Below are positions 26,258 to 38,451 of a stretch of DNA of 64,000 nt, one piece after another. Position 1 is the stretch's first letter. Every line of letters starts with the position of its first letter. The translations under genes and the position numbers were made by a program. The stretch is from Asterias rubens. Lineage: Eukaryota. The notes under the pieces were generated by a model. The model was not told where the DNA came from and ran no database searches. It saw only the letters and a list, made by a program, of their open reading frames with translations. The stretch lies in contig NC_047065.1 of assembly GCF_902459465.1 (NCBI RefSeq), positions 744,001-808,000 of the forward strand, written 5' to 3'.

Positions 26258-29200
26258 TAATAATAATAATCAAAGGTAAGGCTGAAGGCAGAATACATCA
26301 GGCGTGTAAAGAAATGTTTGAAGTCTAAACTAAACGGGGGGGAACATGATTAAGGCGATTAACACATGGGCCGTGTCTTTGATGAGGTACAGTGCGGGTA
26401 TTGTCGAGTGGACTAAGGAAGATCTAGATGTCACTGACAGGAGGACAAGAAAACTAATGACCATGCATGGCATGCTACACCCGCGCTCAAATGTTAGTAG
26501 ACTCTACCTTCCGAGGTCAGAGGGCGGAAGGGGGTTGCTTAGCGTGGCGGACAGTGTTAACATCGAGCGCAGAAGCTTGCATTGTCATGGCAGGAGGACC
26601 GAGGAGAGCTTGTTGAAAGTTGCACAAAGGTACACGAGGGCAGACGAAGTTGGGCCGAAAGAGTACAAGAGGGAAAGGAAGGAGGAAAGACATCAAGATT
26701 GGAGGAACAAACCACTTCATGGCCGGTTCTTGAGGTGTACTGAGGAAGTGGCCAGCAGCAAGTCATGGAATTGGTTAAAGAGTGGAGAACTAAAGAAGGA
26801 AACAGAGGGCTTGATTACTGCGGCGCAAGACCAGTCTCTAAGGACAAATGTAATGAAGGCAAGGATAGAGAAAGCAAACGTCTCTCCTATGTGTAGAATG
26901 TGCAATAAAGCAGAGGAGACTGTATTTCATATTGTTAGCGAATGCAGTAAGATGGCCCAGACGGAGCACAAAGGAAGACATGACAAGCTGGCCAAGGTGA
27001 TTCACTGGGATCTGTGTAAGAAGTATGGTGTCAAAGTACTTGCGAAATGGTACGACCATGTTCCGGAGAAAGTTGTAGAGAACGACCAGGTCAAGATCCT
27101 ATGGGACTTTAACATTCAGACCGATCATGTTATACAACATAGGCGTCCGGATGTTGTGCTATTAGATAAGACGAAGAAGATGTGTCATCTCATTGACATA
27201 GCGGTGCCAGGTGATATAAGGGTAGCTTCGAAGGAGATGGAAAAGATCGAGAAGTACCAGGACCTGGCCAGGGAACTTCGTAAGATTTGGCAGGTAAAGG
27301 TAAAAGTAGTCCCCGTGGTGGTTGGAGCACTTGGCACCATTCCCAAAGCACTGGGGAAACATCTAGATGAAATAGGGACAAATGTGAGGGTAGATCTATT
27401 ACAGAAGGCAGCGCTTTTGGGAACAGCGAGGATCCTGAGAAAGATCCTTGAGATCTAAGGCTACGGGACGTAGCCCGGCTCGAGGAGTTACCGGCACAAA
27501 GGAAAATATGATCTTTCTTTTNNNNNNNNNNNNNNNNNNNNNNNNNNNNNNNNNNNNNNNNNNNNNNNNNNNNNNNNNNNNNNNNNNNNNNNNNNNNNNN
27601 NNNNNNNNNNNNNNNNNNNNNNNNNNNNNNNNNNNNNNNNNNNNNNNNNNNNNNNNNNNNNNNNNNNNNNNNNNNNNNNNNNNNNNNNNNNNNNNNNNNN
27701 NNNNNNNNNNNNNNNNNNNNNNNNNNNNNNNNNNNNNNNNNNNNNNNNNNNNNNNNNNNNNNNNNNNNNNNNNNNNNNNNNNNNNNNNNNNNNNNNNNNN
27801 NNNNNNNNNNNNNNNNNNNNNNNNNNNNNNNGCGATTTTCACACCTGAAGGGCGTCTTAAAGCAGTTTTAACATTAGTACCCCTGGTCACTGTGCCATTT
27901 AATTCATTCCTTAAACCATCTAAGCTCCCTGTGGAGTATACAGCCGGTGCTACCAAATATGTACACACTAAGCAAAATTAATGACAAGACCATCTCTGCT
28001 CTCACAGGTTTCCATTTACCCATAGGTGGAGAGAGGCAATTACAGTTAAATATCTTGCTGAGGGACACATGTGTCACAACCGGGATTCGAACCCACACTC
28101 TGCTGAACAGAAACATCAGAGCTTGAGTTTGGTGCTCTTATACGCGCGGCCACGACACCCAATTTAGGTATTTGAAACTCACTATTGTCAGCGGGAGCTG
28201 GTACAGGCAACCCAGCCAGCATCATTTCTCCAGACTTGAAGCGTTTAATCTTCTTCTCAATTGCTTCATGGTTATTGAGAGCGAGGCGTACCATCCAGCT
28301 AGACGGGGGAACATCAAGCTCTGTAAAACACAACGGAGGGGATCAAAACATTTCATTTCAAGAGTTGTAGGATTTGAAACTTTGCATTGTGAAATAACAA
28401 TTATAGTAAGGTTTGCGGTAACACTATGTAATGATAATCTCTAAACTCCTCAGTTGAAACCTACAGTTCTTTTCAGAACCACCCAATTTCACTTAGAGAT
28501 TATCATTTATGGTGTAACCCTGGTTACCGCAAACCTGACTATTACAAGAGTGATCAAATCGCAACATTTATAGGGTACCATTCCAACTCTCGCAAGAGCA
28601 AGACAACTTTTGTTTGGACTGGTAAGGGCCACTCTTTCAGAGAGTTATACATTTCTACTTGAGCATTCTAAGGGACACCAAGACAATGTGTCCAAACACG
28701 AAATACATCACAGATCTCGTCAGCTGCTGAAAAAAACGTCTTTCTTGTCGCCACTAAACTTTGGAATCAAGGCTCTCCATCTCTGCGCTCTGCTGATTCA
28801 CAGGTCACATCCGAGGTCACACCCTGTTCCCACAATGATTTTAATTTGCAATTTTGATTTATCGTTACAATGTTTCTTTTTCTGTGTATCATCACAAACT
28901 GCTGTTATCTTGGAAAAAATGGCGGTATAAAAAACAATTTTTTTTGTATGTATGTATGACTCTTGATATATGCATTCACCTGAAAATAGATTTTCATTTC
29001 TCAAGTAGTCCGAGTCAACATCATCCTGATCTTCTTTTATTGCAGCAAACTCTTCCCTGGTTGCCATGTAGGTAGAGTAAACAGTTCCCATCAACAATCG
29101 CAGTTCGGCAAATGTGGTGACTGGTTCCCTGCCCTCAGACTTCTTGTCCTCTGTTAGGGTAAAAATAATGTGAAATTTTATAATTTTAGATTTAAAGGCA

Positions 29201-32200
29201 ATGATTTGTTTCTTTTCAGGGATCTTCCTGTAGAATCAGGGAGAGTTTTGCAGCTCTGCAACACAATTCACTACGGGTAATACTGACAACTCAACTTAAG
29301 ATGAATCTTAGTGCTTTGTGAAATCAAGCCACTGCTCACCTATGAACTTCTTTAATGCTTCAGCTTGGATGAGTTCTACTTCCTCCAGTAAAGATTGTAG
29401 TTTTGCTCCGTCTAAACTTGGAATTTTACTGAGTGTTGCTCTTGCATTTTCACAGTCTGAAAAATACAACAAATACAATTAAATATCAACAATTTGAGTA
29501 ATTATAATAATAGTAAAACATTCCTATATGCACATGCATATTACCTTGAGGTCCTTATGCGCTGTCGGTATTTTCCTACAAGGTATGTGTGGAGCTACAT
29601 GTTGAAGTATGAAACCTATTCCTTTACATTGTGCCATGGCTTACAAGATGCTGTGGCGTAATATGCTGCCAATCAAACCAGGAATACCGGGGCGAACCCC
29701 TTCTCTTAACGATCAGTGCACAGGCTTTTTATTCTGCATTCACAACACTCGGGTTGCTATACGTCCCATCCGAAAGGAAGGACGAAGTAATAATGGTTAA
29801 GTGTCCCATCATTCTAATACACATTTAAATTGACTGGTAATCAAGAACACATACCATCAAATGGCAGCACATCCTGGTACTCTGCTAGCTTAGCATGTAT
29901 AGCTCCTCTCAGGTCATGCGGTGAGTTCATTACTTGAGCAGTAACTACATCGTTACCAAGGTTGCCCCCGAGGTCGCCCCCGCCCACGAGGAGGTAGAAG
30001 AATTCCTGAGTTTCCTGCATGCTCAGGTCTGGTACTAAAATGAGATAAGACCGAGAATGGAAGTTAGAGAAACATTTGCTCAAACCAAATAAATCTCATC
30101 CAAAACTGATGGGGTGCGTCTTGGCGGTCGTGACCAAGGACTGTTTGGGTTAAATTGGTTAATCACTGGCCAATGACCGAAACGGTTGTTGGTTCTGACC
30201 GGCAAAACGCACCCCTGGCATGGGATGATGAGCTTGTACAAGTTCTTCTTCAGGATGTAGTGATGCATGATGGGACTGATTGCACTGCTGGTTGGAGCCC
30301 AATTTCATGGCTCTACTACTGTAAGCAAAGAATCAGCGCTTCAGAAGCAGGACATTCCACGCTTATGTCAAGCGTATTTCAGGGTTAGCAGGGAGTTTGT
30401 GCTTGTGAGTGTGTGTTATACTCAACATTACCAGACATTTTTCGCCGTCGTCAAAGACCAGTTAGAAGTTTTCTTGATTGTCTTATCTGCGCAACTACAG
30501 TTCCATCTAAACTTGGGGTCACATGGCATTCATTAAAATCAGTAAGTAACAAATTTAAAAAACACGTAAAATTCAAAAACACGTCAAATAAAGAAAATCT
30601 TCTTTAAAATCACCTGATAAGTCACCCGAATTATTTTTGACGTGTTCTTTCCATTCTTTGGTGCTGAGCAGCTTGGCATGTTGAGTTGAGGCTCTTGGGG
30701 TCAACGTCCTACAGGGTAGTCTCATAATAACAGCCATGTCGTTGGATCGACCTATCGACGACAGCCACTCAAGATAATGTTGAGATCTAGGAAGTCTGCT
30801 TCCTGGTAAAAGACGGCTGCATTCAAGATTAAGGAAATACAATCAGGCCTGATATGGGCTCTGGCTTGGGCTTTGGCTTGGGGCTCCGTCATCCATTTTG
30901 GAGCAGTGTACATTGGCTCGGTGTTCCCAACAACACATGGAGCCCGGAGAGACGGAGCCTGAGCCTAGGTTGGAAAAAGCCTGTAGTAGACTAATGACCT
31001 CACTTAATTACGAGAGGCCAGCTTAAATCTTTAACTTTACTGAACTGTAATAAGTGTGTCGGGTGGGTGGTGTAAAAAAGATGACGGTTTTCGTCCTACT
31101 ACCATTCAGCGCAGGACAACAAACGCAAACTTGTATTTGTTTACCCTATTATAATGAATTTTGACATCATGACCTCCATAGAGAACTTATAAAGGATACA
31201 GTGACAGAGTGGTTGGCGAGAGGTACATGCAGGGAACATCAGCTCTCTGGACTGAACATACAACCTGTAGCTGTTTGGAGAATGCCACAATCTGTGGATG
31301 AATAAAAGGTATGAGAAATGGATCCAAACTTTCACATTAAAGTAAACATTCTTTGTCCAGCAACATAAAAACATGAATTTGTATTCTTTTTTTGAACAAG
31401 GTCTGGAAGGGCACATCTTTTTTTTATGACAGTTTTTTTTTATTTTTGCCTTCCCTTGACGGCCTCTGCTTGCTATAAAGAATTATTGTCTTGTTAGAAG
31501 AATTAAAATAAATAAAATCACTAAAGTTGCCTTTCCTGTGCGGATTTTGTTTTTTCACAGTTTGTGCCATCAAAGAAACTCCTGAGTGTCTCATAAAAGT
31601 TTTGCACGTTGTGTTCTCCAAAGTGAACATAAACAAAAATAATATACTTTCCCCTTAAAGTTTGAATAATATATTTAGTACAAAGTACAAAGTTTGAGAA
31701 TCGTTTTTTCGATCAGTTACCTTCTTTGTCTGATGAGGTTTTGTTGACTTGGGTTTTGGCGATTTAGAACCTGCACTCTCCTCCACATACTCAACATTAA
31801 CCTTTGACCTCTCGCTGAGGAGAGGACTCAAAGAAAATCCAGGAAGACAGACCGACTTCTGCCCCTAAAGAGAAAATAAAAACAAAGATCTCACTGAGTA
31901 AGAACATGAAAATCAGTCGTCCATATTTGCTGTTAAATTCTTAACCAAGTGAGGCTTGTTCATAAGAAATTGTGAACTGTTATCAATATTTGCTGAAAGT
32001 TTCTCACAATTTTTTACAACAGCTCTCCATTGCTCATACCAAGTAATTTTTTATGCCAACAATTAACTTGAGAAATTACCAATAGTGTCCAGTGCCTTTG
32101 AGATGTTCAATTTAGACAGTCCAATTTGAGACTTTTTAATACTTTTTAAGGATCCCCAGAAACCCTAGATAATTACCTTTCCATCAGCTACCAAAACCTC

Positions 32201-34635
32201 TCCCTTCCATGCCATGTCACCCAGCACCACCTCATCCACTGAATCCAGCCCAACCACTCTCCCATGAAGATGGTTCACCCATGTATTCAGGGTACTGTCT
32301 TGGGGTCTGTCCACCGTTGCGTCATCAAGCACCACTGTCAGAACACCATCATGCCATGAGCAGAGGCGTTGTAAGGCTCCATAGAGTGTGATATGATCAT
32401 TTATTGATACATCAGTGTTAGGTGACGCTAGCCAGAGGATGTCCAGGTAGTGTCCGGTACTAGGAAGCTTGTCAGCGAGGGCATGGATGAACTCAGCCAT
32501 TGCTGCGTCCAACTCACTATGAAGGATAATAAACAAATCATGGTTTATTTATTTCATCAGTATTGATTAAAAAGACATTTGCAGTAAACAAGATTGACTT
32601 ATACTCTCTAATGTACAAATGTAGTTAATACGATAAAAAGCAGACAACATTAAAATGAACATTTGGAACAAACTCCCAAGATCCAAGATAAAAGGGCAAA
32701 TGACCCAGAATTACACAAAAAGACAAACTTATCACAGTTCTGTCCCTAACCAGATCAGGAAAACATGGCACAATTAAAACAACAATGGAAGGGCACTAAC
32801 GCATTTTCTTCTTGATAAAGGGAATGAAGGGAACCTCTATCTAAGGAAGAAGTAAATTTTCAGCAGCATCCAGGCAGTGAACAGGAGCAAACGTGAAGTA
32901 TCAGGCATGACTACTCGATCCATGCAAACTGCTTCTGGCAACTTTGTTTATTATTTTAAAAAATAAATCATGAATAATAGTATTTACTTGGCGTTAACTT
33001 CTTGGTTTTCAAAGACTTCATCATCTCCAATAGAAGTGTCTCCACGGCTAGTCGAACTCCTGCTACCCTTCTTATTGGTCGATCCCCTATCCAGTTGATT
33101 CAGCAACAGCCAATCAGCATCCACGCTTTGATCTCTGTGTTTCAGACATGATGATTGGTCGACAACAGCAACATAATACTTCCTCTGTGGGATGAAGCTA
33201 TGCTCTGCTGTATTTTGAGAGAAGAAAATTGCATTAATCATCTTTTGAGAAGTTTGTAAAAAAATGTTCCATAAAAAGAAATGTGAATAATACCGGAGTC
33301 TTATTAATCACACGTAGCTACAAACAAACTACTTAAGGCACTTGAACAAACAGGAACATTTTTAAGACAAGTTCTTGAAATCTTTTTGAATAATGACACA
33401 GATTCATGCAACACATTTGAAGGATTAAGGACTTACTACAAGGTGCTGCGGAGCATTCAGCAGCCAGTGCCAGAACCAGAGGGACCTCTTAGGATTCTTA
33501 ATGATAAGTGTAACTGGGTTATTCTTTATGCATACAACGCACAGGGCCTATTAAAAGGACGAAGCAATATTGATGAAGTGTCTTGCTCAAGGACACAACT
33601 CACAAGTGTCTAGTCTTCAGAACTCCAATCCACACTCTGCCGATCAGAAACACCAGAGCTTGAGACCTGTGCCCTGACCACTCAGCTTTTTGTTACTGAA
33701 CAAAAATACGGACCTAGAAATAAAACTAATGTTACATTTACAATGTCATTTTTATGAATGACTCCAAAATAAAGGCATTCTCTTATATAACATTTTATTT
33801 CAAGTAGTAACTTCTCAGTAAACTTTTAGTAATTTTACCTTTGTTACTTTGTGAGGTGATATTTGCGGCAATCTTTCGCTGAAAAGTTTTTAAATCTTCT
33901 TTGTCGGTGTCTGAAGGAGAAAAAATTACACAACAAACTTTTATTATAATAATTAATATGATAATGGAGGTATATCAGTTCGAAATACACTATGTAATTT
34001 GATTTTGATGAAACTGACCCATAATTTTGGATCCTGATTTATTGAGGAACTGATGAATGATGTACATTGACCCACTGGATGCGTTCGTTTAGCTTCCCCG
34101 GGTCGACCCCGGTGTGTGGCGTGTTTTTTTCCAGGACGAACGTGTTTAGATAATTACCCACGTTTGTCCTGGGAAAAAAACCGCCACAACCGGGGTCGAC
34201 TGGGGAAGCTAAACGAACGCACCCATTGAAGATTGTAATGTAATGTATGTCGATCAACAATGACACTGACTGTATTCCACAAGCAAAAAACAACCTCCTT
34301 ACCTCTCGGTCGGGAAAGCACATTTTTATCATAAATTGATTGTTTACACTTACATTACAAAATACAGAAAAAGTTACTAAAAACAATAAAGTCAATAAAT
34401 ATAGAATACATTTTTACAAAATTACAACACTCTTTCATTCAGTGTTTCATTATTTTTTATAGTTACGATTTCTACATATATTGGCAGTTTGATTTTACTC
34501 TAAATCTCTGATAACAAAAAAAAGCATCTATTACATACCATGATTCTTTCCAAGAGAAATTAAGAGAAGAAATCTCTCAGAATGTGAACAAACATCTCCA
34601 AATTTCGAATAACAGCGGGCCTTTTCAGCAGTCAT
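23042..34635 (-). CDS. MTBP: MDM2-binding protein (MTBP, Sld7-like replication initiation factor), ~870 aa
   Basis: Phase-consistent exons 34635-34539, 33910-33839, 33207-32988, 32516-32177, 31864-31721, 31291-31200, 30816-30614, 30034-29855, 29456-29340, 29150-28980, 26196-25983, 25590-25243, 24913-24718, 24246-24133, 23146-23042 (2613 nt). Motifs match human MTBP as recalled: ERFLLLI, LADKLPS.GH..LDIL, EWKEHV..SVPD, PGILYCLD..RYIRFET.STC, C.ERLY...YVKDLKTSKGL.EEMKK.A..N. Confidence 0.92.
26205..26270. repeat. (AAT)n microsatellite, ~22 units
   Basis: Seen directly; one AAC interruption; lies between an MTBP splice acceptor and the retrotransposon. Confidence 0.95.
26271..27521 (+). mobile_element. 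5'-truncated R4-clade (Dong/Rex6-like) non-LTR retrotransposon with restriction-like endonuclease
   Basis: ORF 26346-27458 has the end of the RT region (IKAINTWAVSLMRYSAG), a CCHC knuckle (CRMC..ETVFHIVSEC) and an RLE domain (RHD..ILWDF.IQTD..RRPDVV..LIDIAVP..EK.EKYQDL). Upstream EYIRRVKKCLKSKLNGG is offset by +1 in a G7 run. Short 3' UTR with a GGCTAC/GTAGCC hairpin. Confidence 0.9.
27522..27831. other. Assembly gap (310 N)
   Basis: Run of N. Confidence 1.
27832..28160 (-). mobile_element. tRNA-derived SINE with CORE-like segment
   Basis: Reverse B box gggattcgaaccc near 28082; minus strand gtgtccctcagcaagatatttaac; homologous to 38452-38720. Confidence 0.75.
30817..31199 (-). other. U12-type (minor spliceosome) GT-AG intron in MTBP
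   Basis: 5' splice site GTATCCTTT (31199-31191); branch site TTTCCTTAAT (30837-30828) about 12 nt before the CAG. Needed to avoid an in-frame TAA, and phases match. Confidence 0.85.
34076..34224. mobile_element. Palindromic MITE (GG.TGCGTTCG termini)
   Basis: Arms ggatgcgttcgtttagcttcccc / ggggaagctaaacgaacgcaccc; related pieces near 24070-24105 and 30108-30215. Confidence 0.8.
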
Positions 34636-34736
34636 TCTGCTGGAGCGCGCCACTGAAGTTGTATACCGCCCTCTTTTGATATATAAATGTCAATCCTGTG
34701 ACGTCATTTCGGTCTCTTTTCACGCCGACCCCGAAA
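34636..34736. promoter_or_regulatory. Bidirectional core promoter MTBP/RPL14
   Basis: Central ATATATAAAT (34679-34688); TGACGTCA (34699-34706); TCT/5'TOP tract TCTCTTTTC (34713-34721) on +; Inr-like TCAGT on - with A at 34654. Confidence 0.75.
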
Positions 34737-37481
34737 ATGGTAAAGCATGGCGGACGAATTGTCCTTAAATTCATAAGATTATGAGTTTTATAACTGCCAA
34801 AATTCACCAATTCCATAAAGAATAACCACTTACGCAACTATGACACTTACTGTGTGCTTAGATTTGTGTGTTGAGTTGATTACGTGTTATGTTTTGACAA
34901 CTTTAAATGGTACAATCAATTTTGCAATTTCTTGCGTGGCAATGCTATTCAATTTTTCTGCCCAGTTTCCGGACGTGTGTTTGCATTGCATTAACTGGAA
35001 TTGTACTTAAAACTTGCCCATCAAGTTTTTCTTTTTAAATTAAATTTCACTTCAGTATTTTGGAAAAGTTTCCGTATGGCGCCACCACTTTTTCATTCGA
35101 TATGAAATAATATAGTATCTAATTTACCTCAATGATATATCCCTTTTTGTAAAAATGAGTGACAGGTATCTTAACTTCAAAATAGAAAAAATACTGGATA
35201 ACTTTCCGTATGGTGAGGTGGTGGCGCCATACGGAAAGTTATCCAGTATTTTTTCTATTTTGAAGTTAAGATAGAGTGTAAATGATCTGGGCCAAAAATC
35301 TGGGCTCTGCTTGGAGCAGGGAATTCCGCGCTCGCGGCTCTGCGCTTGCGAATTGCACGGTCAGCAGAGAATAGTGATCGTAAAGACGTAAGTGCTTGCT
35401 TAGCCTAACCTTAGCGCAGACCATGAAATTGGGCCCAGATGAAACAAGGAAGTGTCTTAAAAAAAGTGTTGTTTATCAATATTAATCATAATAATTCAAG
35501 ATCAAGAATGATGTTGAAAATTAAATGTATCACTTTAGTATTTTATTTTAATTAAATTGAATTGTTTGGTTTGACCAGTTAAATTCTTAAAATCCGAATA
35601 GGAATACCACTTGATTTTGGCATAAGGGATATTGTAATTTGCTGATTCTGTTTTGTTTCTCAGGTATTCGAACGCTTTGTTGAGATCGGCCGTGTGGCCT
35701 TTATGGCCGTCGGTAAAAACAGGGGAAAGCTATGCGCCATCGTTGATGTCATCGATCAGAAGAGGGTATGTTGTTTAGGAAGGTTCCTTCGATCAACGAT
35801 CCAACTATTAACCACCACTTTTAAAGAGATTTATTTTATGTTTTTAACTTAGTTGGACTGTATATTTCCCTTATAAAATATTCCTCTTGAGGAATTGGTT
35901 GCTGAAACGCAAAATTTGGAAAAGGAAGCTCATACTACATCCCACGGACGGAACTCTCTCTTGCACTCATGCCAAAAAGAACTATAAATGAAGTGTAGCG
36001 AGCAACAATGTAAGACCCACATATAAATGTAGACCCGAAAATCAGTTTCTATTTAAAGAAAGAGTGATGTTTAATTTCTTCTCTCTTTCATATGAATCAT
36101 TGGCTCAAACATTTAACTGCTTTAAATTTAGAATTCAAACAAAAATCTTCTGCAGTATTTGGAAAATATCTTTGCCGCGGGGAACAAAAGAAAGAAGTTT
36201 CACGTTTTCATTTGTTTTCTTTTTGTTCTGAAACCAGGCTCTTGTCGACGGCCCATGCAGTGACTTCCCTCGTCAGCAGATCAGACTGAAGAAGCTTCAT
36301 CTGACCACCTTCAAGATCCGTATCCCTCACTCCGCTCGCACTGCTACCGTCCGCAAGGCATGGGAGAAGGCAGACATCCAGAAGAAGTGGCTGGGGACAA
36401 CATGGGCCAAGAAGTTGGCTGCCAAGAAGAGGGTGAGTAAGCTGTTGGGTTTAGGTCGCCCCTCAATCCTGATAATTCACGTAGGGCGATTCTTGTCATT
36501 GCCTTGGTGCCCTTGAAATCCTCAAGTACAATTAACAATTTCCTCAAAGGGTGCCATTTACCAAGGAGAAAATGCCTTGGTGCCCTACTGCCCTTGCAAA
36601 AATGAAGCATACAGGTCTGCCACCTTCTTAGAAACTTGGTGAATTTGATTTGCATCCGACATACAAAGACATGCAGACAAATCAAATTCAACCTCAAGTC
36701 AATCTTTAAATTCAAACATAACTGCATTTTAAAGTCAACCTGAAAAATGACACGAATTGAGATAAATATTGTTGTTGATTTTACATCAATGCATTGGTTG
36801 AACACAATTGATTTTTAGTTCTTCACAGCTCCAATGCTTGCATAAATTTGAATGTTTTATGAAAAGACTAAACTGTAGAGCGTCTTTCAACCCAAATGTT
36901 CTGTTGTTAATTTTCAGAGAGCCGACATGAACGACTTTGATCGCTACAAGCTCATGAGAGCCAAGCAAAAGGTATGCAGTTTATTCTTATTCCTACAAAA
37001 AAGATTTCTACCTTTTCTTTAAGTAAGATTTGTAAAATTTGAATAGTGAAATACCTCAATTTTATTAAAAGTTTTTTTAGCTGTACATGTTGGGTAATCG
37101 TTCCAACCAACTTCTACAAAAAAAGTTGGTATTTTCCACTGGTCCAACTAAAAAAGTTGTTTTTCCGGAGTCCATTTTTCAGTCTTGGTGCAATCTCACA
37201 TCATCATTTGCTAGGCTTTGATATTCGCTACCCGTTTCTGTCGTCGTTGCCTAATCAGTCCAGTCTTTAAAATCCAGTGTACATTATTTGCTTATAAACA
37301 TGCTCCCTACTCAAAATGTTTGAACACTAGCTCCTTGTTCACTAGAGTAGCAGAAAAAAAAAAAAAAAATCCTATTGTTAACATCCCGCTCCAATTTTTT
37401 TTCTTGCAGAGGACAAGAATCATCAACACCGAGGTGAACAAGATGAAGAAGGCGAAGAGAGCGGCAGCAAAAGCCGAATAA
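34737..37481 (+). CDS. RPL14: 60S ribosomal protein L14 (eL14), 141 aa
   Basis: Exons 34737-34739 (ATG only), 35664-35765, 36238-36432, 36918-36971, 37410-37481: [36 protein letters not shown]....[23 protein letters not shown] at 37717. Confidence 0.97.
35062..35244. mobile_element. MITE (GGAWAA.TTTCCGTATGGCGCCACCAC termini) with an internal inverted duplication
   Basis: TIRs ggaaaagtttccgtatggcgccaccac / gtggtggcgccatacggaaagttatcc; AGTATTTT on both sides (8-bp TSD-like); in RPL14 intron 1. Confidence 0.8.
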
Positions 37482-37571
37482 ACTTCCTCCTGTCCTCTTA
37501 AGACGTCTTAGTGACCAAGATGGGTCTCCACAGTCTCGTAAAACTGTCTAATTGGCATTGACACAACCATA

Positions 37572-37662
37572 AAAACTGCTTTGTAATATGATCACATATT
37601 AAAACTGCTTTGTAATATGATCACATATTAAAACTGCTTTGTAATATGATCACATATTAAAA
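37572..37662. repeat. ~28-bp tandem repeat x3 in the RPL14 3' UTR
   Basis: aaaactgctttgtaatatgatcacatatt repeated. Confidence 0.9.
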
Positions 37663-38451
37663 CCTCATACTTGTAAAATTGCCTGGCCCCTTTACTGGCC
37701 GTTTGGTTAGAGAAGGAATAAAATGAACATGGTGAAGAAATCAATTGTTTGTAGTACAAATATGTGGTCTCTTGTATTTAATGGTTTATTTATGTTTAAG
37801 TAGGATCTGGTTTTCTTTAAAGTTCTCACATCCCGTAGTTTTGAAGTTAACAAATCTCTTGGGAACTGTTGCTAAAATTATGGGGAAACTTTTTCCTTAG
37901 AAACAATAAGTTCCAATTTAAATTGACTTGGGGAACAGTTCTGGTTGGACAAATCAAATGGACTGAATACAAATGAACTTGCATTGTTTGGGGGTGGGGA
38001 GGATGGCATTGGGTATTTCAGAGGATAGAATAAGCTTTTCTTTAAGACGATACTACAATGAGGAACTAAAGTACTTCACTGAGGAACTTAAGGACGCCAG
38101 GCACAGTGACAACCAGACATTTTGATTTGGGGGATAAGCCGGGGCAACGACATATTTTGGAATTGGGGCTATTTAATTTAACAAGTCAATTTATGTACGT
38201 TTTGTTCAATTTTTTAATTATCCTATATAAGGCGTCGGGTGCATGACAAGAGTTAGTAGACTCATACTTCTCATATTGGAAGAAATTACATGCAATTGGC
38301 TATGACACAACTTGGGAGAATATATAGTAAACGGAACCTTTCTTTTGTGCAAGTTATCTATCTCATTTGGGGCTTTTAATGTATAGCGAATTACAGTACA
38401 TCTCAAAAGATGCCGGATGAGTTGGTTTAACTGTTGTACAAATAAGGTGTC

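Noticed and set aside
27399-27981. 177-aa and 189-aa ORFs
   Set aside because: They run through the N gap.
34290-34350. Strong minus-strand donor (GAG|GTAAGG) as an extra MTBP exon
   Set aside because: No phase-1 acceptor fits; exon 1 joins exon 2 in frame without it.
34740-37409. Intronic snoRNAs in RPL14
   Set aside because: No convincing C/D pair with terminal stem or H/ACA double hairpin found by eye; a snoscan/snoReport/Infernal search would be decisive.
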